DNA of 64,000 nucleotides, taken from the sequence record SRR22947725_1818. The stretch is one strand, 5' to 3'. The first letter of the stretch is position 1. Each line of letters opens with the position of its first letter. The notes beneath the pieces are model-generated. The model had not been told where the DNA came from and did not search any database. It saw only the letters and a program-made list of their open reading frames with translations. The position numbers and the translations under genes were made by a program. Shown here in pieces: positions 9,466-18,257 of the stretch.

Positions 9466-10635
9466 TCACATGCCGATGCCGGCGGGCAGCTTGCTCGGGT
9501 CCCAGTTGAGTTGGGCCAGGCCCTGTTGGCAGGCGAATCGGTCGGTCATCCCGGCGACGTAGCCGACTGCGGCACGTAAGGCTGCGGCGCTGCCCGCGTC
9601 GATGTGGGCCACATCGATGCCAGCGCCGAGAACAGCAGCCGTGGTGGCTTGGGGAAGCGCGTGCGGGCGGTCGGCGTAGTGCTCGACCAAGGCCCGAAGG
9701 AGCGCGATGACGGCATCGCTCTGGCGCTCGCTGGCAGGGCGCAGGTAGATGTGCTCGTAGTTGAACTTGCGGAACGCCGCCAGCGCTTCGGCGATGTCGG
9801 GCGTCATGCCGACTCGACCGGATGTCATGGTCGCCGTCACCATCGCCCGGACAAATGTGCCCAGCTGAGTTGAGCGATCGCGGCCACATCGCTCGGCAAC
9901 GATCGATGGCAGCATTTCCTCGGTCACGATTCCAGCGGCGACCGCGTCTTCGAAGTCGTGGCAGACGTAGGCGATCCGGTCGGCCCATGACACCACCTCG
10001 CCTTCGGGAGTCTGCGGAGCCGGCAAGCTCCACGAGTGATTGCGAATACCGTCGAGGGTCTCGGTGCAGAGATTGAGCGGCTGCAGTGTGACGTCGGCGC
10101 CCCACGGGGCATGATCGAACCCGCCATCGAGGTAGGGCGACAAGGCATCTTCGCTGGCATGTCCGCCCGGCCCGTGACCGCAATCGTGACCGATAGCCAT
10201 CGCTTCGACGAGTGGCACATTGAGGCTCAGCGCGGCGGCGACCGACCGCCCCACCTGGGCGACCTCGAGTGCGTGGGTCATCCGCGTTCGCTGATGATCT
10301 TCGGGAAACACAAAGACCTGTGTCTTGCCGGCGAGGCGGCGGAACGACGAATCATGCAGGATGCGGTCGCGGTCGCGTTCGAAGCATGTGCGATGCGGGT
10401 CTGGTGCCTCCTCAATTGCCCGATTACCGGCCCCGCCCGACCGCGTTGCATGCTCGGCAAGGATCGCGTCTTCCCGTTCTTCGCGGATCTCGCGTCGGAG
10501 AATCGTTGTTGCGCCGACTTCGGCTCGGGAGTCGGCATGGGCCAGAACGACCTCAGCACTGGCATGGCCGGCCATCGTCGAGGCCCAGCGATCAGCACGC
10601 TTGTCGGCAGCGTCGGCGTAGGGCAAGTCGTCCAT
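9466..10635 (-). CDS. dgt: HD-domain dGTP triphosphohydrolase-like protein
   Basis: RDRDRILH, FRRLAGKTQV, RTRMTHALEV, HDCGHGP, ADRIAY..HD, YVAGMTD; start trimmed to ATG 10635. Confidence 0.88.
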   Translation of the reverse strand: MDDLPYADAADKRADRWASTMAGHASAEVVLAHADSRAEVGATTILRREIREEREDAILAEHATRSGGAGNRAIEEAPDPHRTCFERDRDRILHDSSFRRLAGKTQVFVFPEDHQRTRMTHALEVAQVGRSVAAALSLNVPLVEAMAIGHDCGHGPGGHASEDALSPYLDGGFDHAPWGADVTLQPLNLCTETLDGIRNHSWSLPAPQTPEGEVVSWADRIAYVCHDFEDAVAAGIVTEEMLPSIVAERCGRDRSTQLGTFVRAMVTATMTSGRVGMTPDIAEALAAFRKFNYEHIYLRPASERQSDAVIALLRALVEHYADRPHALPQATTAAVLGAGIDVAHIDAGSAAALRAAVGYVAGMTDRFACQQGLAQLNWDPSKLPAGIGM

Positions 10636-10696
10636 ATGGTGAGGGTACGAGATACGAGCCGGGGCCGGTCGACAATGCGGCGTTAGCCTTGCCCCG

Positions 10697-11953
10697 ATGT
10701 CCCAGTTCGTCGACGAATGCCAATTGAACGTCAAGGCAGGCGATGGCGGTGCAGGCTGCGTGAGTTTCCGGCGCGAAGGGCCCGTCGTCTACGGCGGCCC
10801 GAACGGTGGCGATGGCGGTAACGGTGGCGACATATGGTTCGTCGCTGATCACAACGTTGCGTCCTTGCTGGCCTTTCGCGACTACCCCCACCGTAAGGCG
10901 GGAAGCGGCGTGCACGGCAAGGGTAAAGATATGCACGGCCGGCGCGGCGAGTCACTCGAGATTTCGGTGCCGATGGGGACGGCCATCTCTGACATGTACG
11001 GCGGCGAACTTCTTGCCGAACTGGTCAACCACGGTGACCGTTGGCTGGCAGTAGCTGGCGGTCGCGGGGGCCGCGGCAACGCAAAGTTCCTGTCGAATAA
11101 GCGACGGGCACCAAATTTTGCTGAGCAGGGCGAACACGGCGAAGAACGCTGGCTCAAGATGGAACTGCGGCTCATGGCCGACGTTGCCCTCGTCGGATTT
11201 CCCAACGTTGGCAAGTCGACGTTGATCAGCGTCATCTCCCAGGCCAAGCCGAAGATTGCCAACTACCCGTTCACCACGCTTGAACCGAACCTCGGTGTCG
11301 TTGCACTGGACGAGGACACAGAGTTCGTCGTCGCGGACATCCCCGGTCTGATTGAAGGCGCAAGTGAGGGCAAGGGCCTGGGTCATCAGTTCCTGCGCCA
11401 CATCGAACGGGCGCTGGTGTTGTGCATCATGCTCGATCTGGCTCCGATGGATGGCGTGTCGCCGCAAGAGCAGGAGCGGGTACTGCTCCAAGAACTGGGC
11501 CAGTATCAGCCTGACCTGCTCGACCGCCCGCGGGTGGTCGTTGGGACCAAGGGCGATGCCGTTCAGCCCGAAGAACTCCAGGCACTGGGATGGGAAGGTG
11601 ACGTCATCTCGTCGGTGACCAGGTCCGGCCTCAATGATTTGGTTGGCAAGCTCGCCCAGCGAGTGCACGATGCCCGCCAGGCCATTGAGTACGCCGAAGG
11701 TGTTGTCACGATTCGTCCTGAGGCCAAGGGTGCCATGGTCGAAGTGGTCGAACCCGGCCATTTCCGGCTCGTCGGTCGTGAGGTCGAGCGCATCGTCGCG
11801 CTCAACGATGTGACCACTCCCGAAGCGCTGTCGTACATCGATCACCGTCTCGAACGGCTCGGTGTGCCCAAGATGCTTGCAAAGGCTGGAGCGCAAGAAG
11901 GCGACGTCATCTGGATTGCCGGCTTCAGCTTCGAGTACTCGCCGGACGTCTGA
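10697..11953 (+). CDS. obgE: GTPase ObgE/CgtA
   Basis: Gly-rich Obg fold, GFPNVGKST, YPFTTL, DIPGLIEGA and C-terminal OCT domain. Confidence 0.97.
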   Translation: MSQFVDECQLNVKAGDGGAGCVSFRREGPVVYGGPNGGDGGNGGDIWFVADHNVASLLAFRDYPHRKAGSGVHGKGKDMHGRRGESLEISVPMGTAISDMYGGELLAELVNHGDRWLAVAGGRGGRGNAKFLSNKRRAPNFAEQGEHGEERWLKMELRLMADVALVGFPNVGKSTLISVISQAKPKIANYPFTTLEPNLGVVALDEDTEFVVADIPGLIEGASEGKGLGHQFLRHIERALVLCIMLDLAPMDGVSPQEQERVLLQELGQYQPDLLDRPRVVVGTKGDAVQPEELQALGWEGDVISSVTRSGLNDLVGKLAQRVHDARQAIEYAEGVVTIRPEAKGAMVEVVEPGHFRLVGREVERIVALNDVTTPEALSYIDHRLERLGVPKMLAKAGAQEGDVIWIAGFSFEYSPDV

Positions 11954-11955
11954 TC

Positions 11956-13017
11956 GTGCGCGTCGTTGCCAAGATCGGAACTGCGTCGATCACCGACGAC
12001 AACGGCGTGATCGATCGCGGTGCGATCGCGAAGCTGTGCGGCGAGGTCGCGGTGCTGCGCAAACAGGGACACGAAGCGATCATTGTCTCCTCGGGTGCTG
12101 TGGCGGCCGGGGTCGCTGCGGTCGGGCTGCACGCCCGGCCCACCGACATGCCCACGCTCCAAGCGATCTCCGCAGCGGGACAGAGCCGCCTCCTCGAGGT
12201 GTACAACGCAGAACTGGAACGGCACGGTCTGGTCGGAGCGCAGCTCCTCGTCGATTCGATGGACTTTGTGACGCGCAATCAGTACTTGCACCTGAGGTCG
12301 ACCATGAATCGACTGCTCGAACTGGGTTGTGTGCCGATCGTCAATGAGAACGACGCGATCGCAAATGACGAACTTCGGTACGGAGACAACGATCGAATCG
12401 CTGCACTCATTGCGAACGGCGTTGGCGCAGATGTCCTCGTGCTGCTGACAGACACCGACGGCGTCTTCACCGCCGACCCGCGCACGGACAGCACGGCGAC
12501 GCTGGTCCCGTTCGTCAAGGCTGACGACCCGTTGCTCTCGATCAGCGCCGACGCCAACGGCAGCGCACGCGGCAGCGGTGGCATGGCCAGCAAGCTGACT
12601 GCTGCAAGGATGGCGTCATGGAGCGGTATCCGGTCGGTCATTGCGCCTGCCAACCGTCGAGGTGTGCTTTCCGGCGCTGTCTCGGACGAGCTCGTGGGCA
12701 CCACGTTTGCACCGCATGAGCGAACTCTGTCGGCTCGCAAGCTCTGGATCGCGTTTGCCGCGGAGGTCTCCGGCACGGTCATGGTCGATGCTGGGGCTCG
12801 ACGAGCACTCACCGATCGACCGAACAGCTTGCTGCCCGCTGGCGTGACCGGCGTGTCCGGTACCTTCGAGCTCGGTCAGGTCGTCGACATCACCGACGGC
12901 GATGCCGTGTTTGCACGTGGCATGGCAGCGATGAGCGCAGCTGATGCGACTTTGGCGGTCGGCGCATCAGGCGTGGGCCACGTTGTCCATCGCGACGACC
13001 TTGTCATTCTGGCCTGA
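11956..13017 (+). CDS. proB: Glutamate 5-kinase with PUA domain
   Basis: KIGTAS, SSGAV, NENDA, GDND, GGMASK, SLLPAGV, VHRDDL. Confidence 0.96.
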   Translation: MRVVAKIGTASITDDNGVIDRGAIAKLCGEVAVLRKQGHEAIIVSSGAVAAGVAAVGLHARPTDMPTLQAISAAGQSRLLEVYNAELERHGLVGAQLLVDSMDFVTRNQYLHLRSTMNRLLELGCVPIVNENDAIANDELRYGDNDRIAALIANGVGADVLVLLTDTDGVFTADPRTDSTATLVPFVKADDPLLSISADANGSARGSGGMASKLTAARMASWSGIRSVIAPANRRGVLSGAVSDELVGTTFAPHERTLSARKLWIAFAAEVSGTVMVDAGARRALTDRPNSLLPAGVTGVSGTFELGQVVDITDGDAVFARGMAAMSAADATLAVGASGVGHVVHRDDLVILA

Positions 13018-13024
13018 AGCAGTC

Positions 13025-13816
13025 TTAGGCCTCAGGGGCGGGGAGAGGCTGGCCCTCCGCTGATTCGGCCGGTGCGGCTTCGACGGCGGGCGGGCTGTCG
13101 AGACCGAGTTCTGCGCGGAGTTCGCTGAGGCGGCTCTGGGCCTCGACGTTGGCGGTTGCCTGTTCGATTTCAAGCACGCGACTCTCGACAGTGACGTCAG
13201 TCAGTTCGGCAGAGGCCTTGGCCTTGGCGTACCGGGCCTCGATCTTCTCGGTGACCTCGTTGAGCGTTGGGACGTCATCGCCAACGGTCTCGGTGAGCTG
13301 ACTCATCGCCGAGTTCATCTCTTCTTGCATCTTGGCCTGCTCAAGCTGGCTCAGGAGCTTCGACTTCTCGGCGATTTTTTCTTGCAGGAGCCGACTGTTC
13401 TGCTTGACCGCTGCCTTGGCCTGATCGGACGCCTGCGCTGATTCGAGGACCAATGACTTGAGACTCTCGACATCGGACTCGATGCTGAGGAGCCTGTCGG
13501 CGATGGTTTCTGCAGCGCTCGTGTACTGGGCGGCCTTCTCGGCATTGCCGGCCTTCTGGGCATCGGCTGCCATGATCAGCGCCTGACGGGCGTTGCCGTT
13601 GAGCTTCTCCAGCTCGGTCATCTTCTTGTTCAAGCGGATCTCGGCCTGCTTCTGGCCCGCAATGACGTTGGCAGCTTGCTCTTTGAGCTGCTTGTGTTGG
13701 GTTTGCGCTGAGCTGATTGCCTGTTCGAGCTGCACCTTTGGATCTGCGTTGTCGTTGAAGCGGCCGGTCAGCTTCGCGACGAGGTAGTTCCACTGCTTCT
13801 TGATGTACTTGAACAT
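13025..13816 (-). CDS. pspA: PspA/IM30 family protein
   Basis: ADPKVQLEQAI, KLLSQLEQAKMQE, PTLNEVTEKIEARYAKA; long coiled coil. Confidence 0.93.
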   Translation of the reverse strand: MFKYIKKQWNYLVAKLTGRFNDNADPKVQLEQAISSAQTQHKQLKEQAANVIAGQKQAEIRLNKKMTELEKLNGNARQALIMAADAQKAGNAEKAAQYTSAAETIADRLLSIESDVESLKSLVLESAQASDQAKAAVKQNSRLLQEKIAEKSKLLSQLEQAKMQEEMNSAMSQLTETVGDDVPTLNEVTEKIEARYAKAKASAELTDVTVESRVLEIEQATANVEAQSRLSELRAELGLDSPPAVEAAPAESAEGQPLPAPEA

Positions 13817-13826
13817 ACAGAGCAGC

Positions 13827-15407
13827 TTATCGGCGGCGAAGGCGACGCTTGAGCGCGTCGAGTTCAGGAGCTCCCATCGCCGTGAGCAGCCCGAAGTAGA
13901 TGATCACGCCAACCGTTGCGCCAACCACCAGCCGAAGCAGGGCGTCGACGCCGACGTTGCCACCGACGTGACGCGTCATCAACCAGACCGACTCGCCCAT
14001 CAGCGCGGCGGCAACGGTCATGCGCCAGATGCTGGCGAGGATCGGTCGGAGTTCGAATCCCGGGACCTTGTAGCTGAGCACCTGCAGCGCCCAGAACGCA
14101 GCAATCACGTAGGCGATGGCGAAAGCGGCACCGAGACCGAGGACCCCGTACGCGCCGACGAGGATGAAGGCGAGCACGATGTTCATCGTGTTCTCGACGA
14201 CGTTGACCTTGAACGGGGTCTTCGTGTCCTTGTGGGCGTAGAAGCCGCGCAACACGAAGAGGTAGATCGAGAAGGCGCCGAGGCCCAAGGCGAAGCCGGC
14301 GAGCGCTCGAGAGGCATTGAGTGCGCCCTCGGCACCGAACTTGCCGTTCTCAAGAGCGAGCCCGACCAACGGTCGTCGGAGCACAAACAGGCCGACGCCC
14401 GCCGGAATGGTGAGGAGCGCTGTCATTCGGACACCCAACGACATCGTGGTGATAAACGCCGCCTTTTCTCTGCGTGCCACCGAGCGCGCCAGTTCAGGTT
14501 GGAATGTGGTCGCGATTGAGACGCCGAGCAGACCCTGCGGGAGCACGAAGTAGGTGAACGCAGCGAAGTAGGCGAAGGTGTCCGACGTTCCCGGCTCGGT
14601 GAGGTTGCGCACGACGATGAGGGCGATGATGTTGGAGGCGACAAACCCGAACGTCCAAAACGACAAGGTCAGCAAACGCTTGACGGCGGGATGTTTGGGT
14701 TGCCAGTCAAACCGAAACTTGAAGCCCGTTGCGAGCGCTGCGGGAATGAGCGTCAACGCCATCGCACCAATACCGAGCGTTGCGCCCCAGCCGAGTGTGA
14801 GGCGAAGGCGGGAATCGGTGACCACATCGCTCAGTTGCCACACGCCGCCGGTCGGATCCGGCAAGGACAGCAACGTGACGATGATGATCAGGTTGGGCAG
14901 AATCGGACTCCACGCAGCGGCGAAGAAACGACGACGACTGTTCAGGAACGCGTTTGCAAGCCCGGTCAATCCGTAGAAAAAGATCTGAATGAGAAAGACT
15001 CGGGACAGGGTCGTTCCGACCGACCGGAACAGATCCGGATCGATGTCGTCAGCGATGTTGAGTGAGAAGACACGGAAGATCAGGGGGGCGCCGAGCACGG
15101 CGATGATCGTCAGCACCGACAGGAGAACGACACCCACCGTGATGACGACGTTCGTGGACTCGCGCCCAGACACTTCGTCGTCTTCTTCGGCAAACGTGGA
15201 GAACAGCGGAACGAGGGTGGCGGAGAGCACGCCTCCCAGCAACAGCTCGTACACGATGTTCGGTGTCTCGTTGCCGAGGATGTAGGCGTCGTTGAGCGCA
15301 GTGCTTCCGAGGACCCCAGCGAGCACGGTGACACGGAGCATGCCGGTGACGCGCGACAACGACGTGCCGGCCGCAACGACGAGGTTGCTCTTCAGCAGGT
15401 TGCTCAC
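13827..15407 (-). CDS. murJ: Lipid II flippase MurJ
   Basis: GTSLSRVTGMLR, PNIVYELLLGGVLSATLVP, RGFYAHKDTKTPF; about 14 TM helices. Confidence 0.93.
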   Translation of the reverse strand: MSNLLKSNLVVAAGTSLSRVTGMLRVTVLAGVLGSTALNDAYILGNETPNIVYELLLGGVLSATLVPLFSTFAEEDDEVSGRESTNVVITVGVVLLSVLTIIAVLGAPLIFRVFSLNIADDIDPDLFRSVGTTLSRVFLIQIFFYGLTGLANAFLNSRRRFFAAAWSPILPNLIIIVTLLSLPDPTGGVWQLSDVVTDSRLRLTLGWGATLGIGAMALTLIPAALATGFKFRFDWQPKHPAVKRLLTLSFWTFGFVASNIIALIVVRNLTEPGTSDTFAYFAAFTYFVLPQGLLGVSIATTFQPELARSVARREKAAFITTMSLGVRMTALLTIPAGVGLFVLRRPLVGLALENGKFGAEGALNASRALAGFALGLGAFSIYLFVLRGFYAHKDTKTPFKVNVVENTMNIVLAFILVGAYGVLGLGAAFAIAYVIAAFWALQVLSYKVPGFELRPILASIWRMTVAAALMGESVWLMTRHVGGNVGVDALLRLVVGATVGVIIYFGLLTAMGAPELDALKRRLRRR

Positions 15408-16102
15408 GCGGTTCGGGTCTCCTCGACAGCGAGTCGCAGTCCTTCGAGTTCGTCGACGAGATCTTCGACGTCGTGTTCGTAGGCATCAGTGTCCCCCGCG
15501 CCGATGCTGACCTCGGCTGCCCGTGCGACGAGTTCGTCGAGGCGGGTCTGGGCCAGGCGCAGCCGATTGGAGGTGCGCGTCGACTGCTCCTTGAGCCGAT
15601 CAACGCTCGCCAGTTGAGATTCGACAGACGCGATCGACGCATCGGCATCGTCGTGCTGGTGCAGGGTGTCGAGCCTGGAGCGGAGAGCCGTCGGGTCGAG
15701 GCGACGGATGGCTTGGTCGATCTCATGACCGCGGCGCGCAATCTGCCAGGTCTCGTCCAAACCATGTTCGAGCTTCTCGCGAACCGCCCGCATGCGATCC
15801 TTCACCGGTCCATCGCTGGTCGCCTCGATGGTCTGCTGCAGCTTGACGGCTGCACCCTTGGCGCTCTGGACAAACTGCCGCCAAGGTTCTTGCACCGTGA
15901 AGGGATCGATCCGTCTGCGTTGGTTCCGAGGCATCGCTGCGACGACTGAGGCGCCGTATGTCGCAGCGCCGAAGAGCACGCTGAGCACCGGATTGAGGCC
16001 GAGGAGTAATGCGAGGGCAGCGACGCCGATGCCAAGCAGAATGCGCCACGAAAGAATGGCCCGCGCGGTCTTCGGTGTGTAGAAACCGTCTCTGAATCCC
16101 AC
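15404..16102 (-). CDS. Membrane-anchored coiled-coil protein, possibly PspM-like
   Basis: Two N-terminal TM helices then a long amphipathic coiled coil; GTGA overlap with murJ. Confidence 0.75.
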   Translation of the reverse strand: MGFRDGFYTPKTARAILSWRILLGIGVAALALLLGLNPVLSVLFGAATYGASVVAAMPRNQRRRIDPFTVQEPWRQFVQSAKGAAVKLQQTIEATSDGPVKDRMRAVREKLEHGLDETWQIARRGHEIDQAIRRLDPTALRSRLDTLHQHDDADASIASVESQLASVDRLKEQSTRTSNRLRLAQTRLDELVARAAEVSIGAGDTDAYEHDVEDLVDELEGLRLAVEETRTA

Positions 16103-16126
16103 ACTGCGAGCTTACGGACTCGTGCT

Positions 16127-16801
16127 GGCTGGACGGCGGTCACGAAGCACCGCACACCATGGGAGATGGGCGAAGGGGCAACCGTGCTCGCGCTTGCGGA
16201 CGATGTCTGGGAGCTCTACGACACAACAACGGACTTGTCCCAGGCCCGTGATCTGTCAAGCGAAATGCCCGAAAAGCTGGCTGAACTCCAACAGCTCTTC
16301 TTGCTGGAAGCAGCAAAGTACAACGTCTTCCCAATCGACGATCGCACGGGTGAACGCTTCAATGCAACGATCGCCGGGCGCCCTGAGCTGCAGGCCGGCC
16401 GGAAGACCATGCGAATGAGTCCCGGGATGACGCACATGGGCGAGAACACCGTGCTCAACGTCAAGAACCGGTCGCACACGATTACCGCACAGTTTGAGGT
16501 CGGATCAGGTGGTGCTGACGGGGTGCTCGTTGCCCAGGGCGGCACTGGCACCCTGTTGGTCAACGGCTCTGTCGTCGCTGAGGAGCGGATCGACAAGACC
16601 GTGCCGTTCGTGTTCTCCGCAGACGAAACCATGGACATTAGCGAGGACAGTGCATCGCCGGTCACATCGGACTATCCAGCGGGCGATTTGAATAAGTTCG
16701 CGGGCGATCTTGCGTGGGTACAGATTGACATCGAAGAGGACGATGTCAGCCACATGGAGGCTCCCGAAGCCACGTACCACCGCATCCTCGCTCGCCAGTA
16801 G
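16127..16801 (+). pseudogene. C-terminal remnant of an arylsulfatase with an apparent internal deletion
   Basis: In-frame GWTAVTKHRTPW..WELYD..DLSQARDL..EAAKYNVFPIDDR..NVKNRSH; no catalytic N-terminal domain or CxPxR motif; begins about 25 nt from the start of the divergent gene. Confidence 0.8.
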
Positions 16802-16821
16802 CCACGGCGCTTGCTCGGTGA

Positions 16822-18216
16822 TCAGGGGCGCAGCGCTGTCTCCTGCTCGGGGGACTGGAGATCGGCGGCGATCAAGGTGGTCAATTGCTCGTCGGTGGGA
16901 ACTTCGACATCGGCGAGCCGGAGCGCGTGGTGGCCAATCGCAGCTTCGAACACGTTGCGCACGAAGCGGGCGTTACCGAAGCCGCGACCGCGTGGCTCGG
17001 CTTCGATGATCGTGCCCAGCTCGACTTTCCCGCTGTCGTCGAGGTGGTACGCCTTGCTGCCGCTGATGAGGCCGAAGATGGCGATCAGTTCGTCTGTGTC
17101 GTAGTCGGGGAACTCCACCGTCCTGGTGAATCGACTCTTCAAGCCGGGATTGGTGTCGATGAGTTCGCTCATCTCGGCCGGATAGCCAGCAGCGATGACC
17201 GAGAGGTCGTCGCGGTGGTCCTCCATGAACTTGACAATGGTGTCGACCGCTTCGAGACCGAAGTCATTCTCGCCGCCACGCGCCAGCGCATACGCCTCGT
17301 CGATCAACAGGGTGCCGCCGAGCGCCGATTCCATCACCTGCTTGGTGGTGGTGGCCGTCTGGCCGACGAATCCAGCGACGAGACCGGACCGATCGGTCTC
17401 GACAAGGTGCCCTTTGGACACGACCCCGAGCGTGCGGAAAATCTGTGAGAGCAAGCGAGCCACGGTGGTCTTGCCGGTACCAGGGTTTCCGGTAAAGACC
17501 AGATGTTTACTCGTCTCGATGACGGGCAGGTCGCGTTCGGCTCGAAGCTCTTGCACCCGGAGCAACGACGTGAGACGACGAACCTCGGCCTTGACGTGAT
17601 CGAGCCCCACGAGCGCGTCGAGTTCGGCCAACAGCTCTTCGATCGATCGCTCGGGCGGGAGTTCGACCTCGACGACCGCCGGCGGGGTTTTGCCAGCCGC
17701 GACATCGGCCTGAGCGGGGGCATCGGGCTGCCCCGGTCGGGGCACCGCGTGCTCATCCATCACGCCCAGCATCATCATGCGGAAGCGGTCGATTGCTGAG
17801 ATCTCGTCCGCCGACGGCACCATGTCGAGCGCAGCAGTCGCATGAGCAACCGACAGCGCATGGGTGTAATAGGCATGAGCGCGTCGCTGGTTGTCGTGTG
17901 CGTCCGCCTTGACGAGGAGATCAAACATGGTGCTCGGCTTGGAGAGCCAGGCAGCGGAACCGCCCAAGGTGTCGTCGGCGCGTAGCTGCGTCGGCGTGAG
18001 GATCATCGGTGGCGTGAGCTTGCGTCCGAGTGCATCGACCCACGACTCGAGTTCCTGAGAGGTGTGGCGGCCGTCCGCATCGACGACGCCAGACACGAGA
18101 TGGGCTGCCTCGATCGTGCATTCACCACGATGATCGGATCCTTCTGACAGCTCTTTCAGCAGGGAGTTCATCGTCTCGACGAACTCGTCAGACTTGTCTT
18201 CGAAGGCAGCGGGCAT
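16822..18216 (-). CDS. AAA+ ATPase, CbbX/SpoVK/EccA-like, with N-terminal helical domain
   Basis: LVGLDHVK, HLVFTGNPGTGKTTVAR, LIDEAYAL, AAGY, NPGLKSRF, GNARFVRN. Confidence 0.9.
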   Translation of the reverse strand: MPAAFEDKSDEFVETMNSLLKELSEGSDHRGECTIEAAHLVSGVVDADGRHTSQELESWVDALGRKLTPPMILTPTQLRADDTLGGSAAWLSKPSTMFDLLVKADAHDNQRRAHAYYTHALSVAHATAALDMVPSADEISAIDRFRMMMLGVMDEHAVPRPGQPDAPAQADVAAGKTPPAVVEVELPPERSIEELLAELDALVGLDHVKAEVRRLTSLLRVQELRAERDLPVIETSKHLVFTGNPGTGKTTVARLLSQIFRTLGVVSKGHLVETDRSGLVAGFVGQTATTTKQVMESALGGTLLIDEAYALARGGENDFGLEAVDTIVKFMEDHRDDLSVIAAGYPAEMSELIDTNPGLKSRFTRTVEFPDYDTDELIAIFGLISGSKAYHLDDSGKVELGTIIEAEPRGRGFGNARFVRNVFEAAIGHHALRLADVEVPTDEQLTTLIAADLQSPEQETALRP

Positions 18217-18257
18217 GGCCGTCGAGCGTAGATCACCAGGTCTGCCACACTAATTTC

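Noticed and set aside
16822-18216. Rubisco activase CbbX or type VII secretion EccA
   Set aside because: Same AAA+ clade, but no rbcL/rbcS or esx/ecc genes nearby and the N-terminal domain differs
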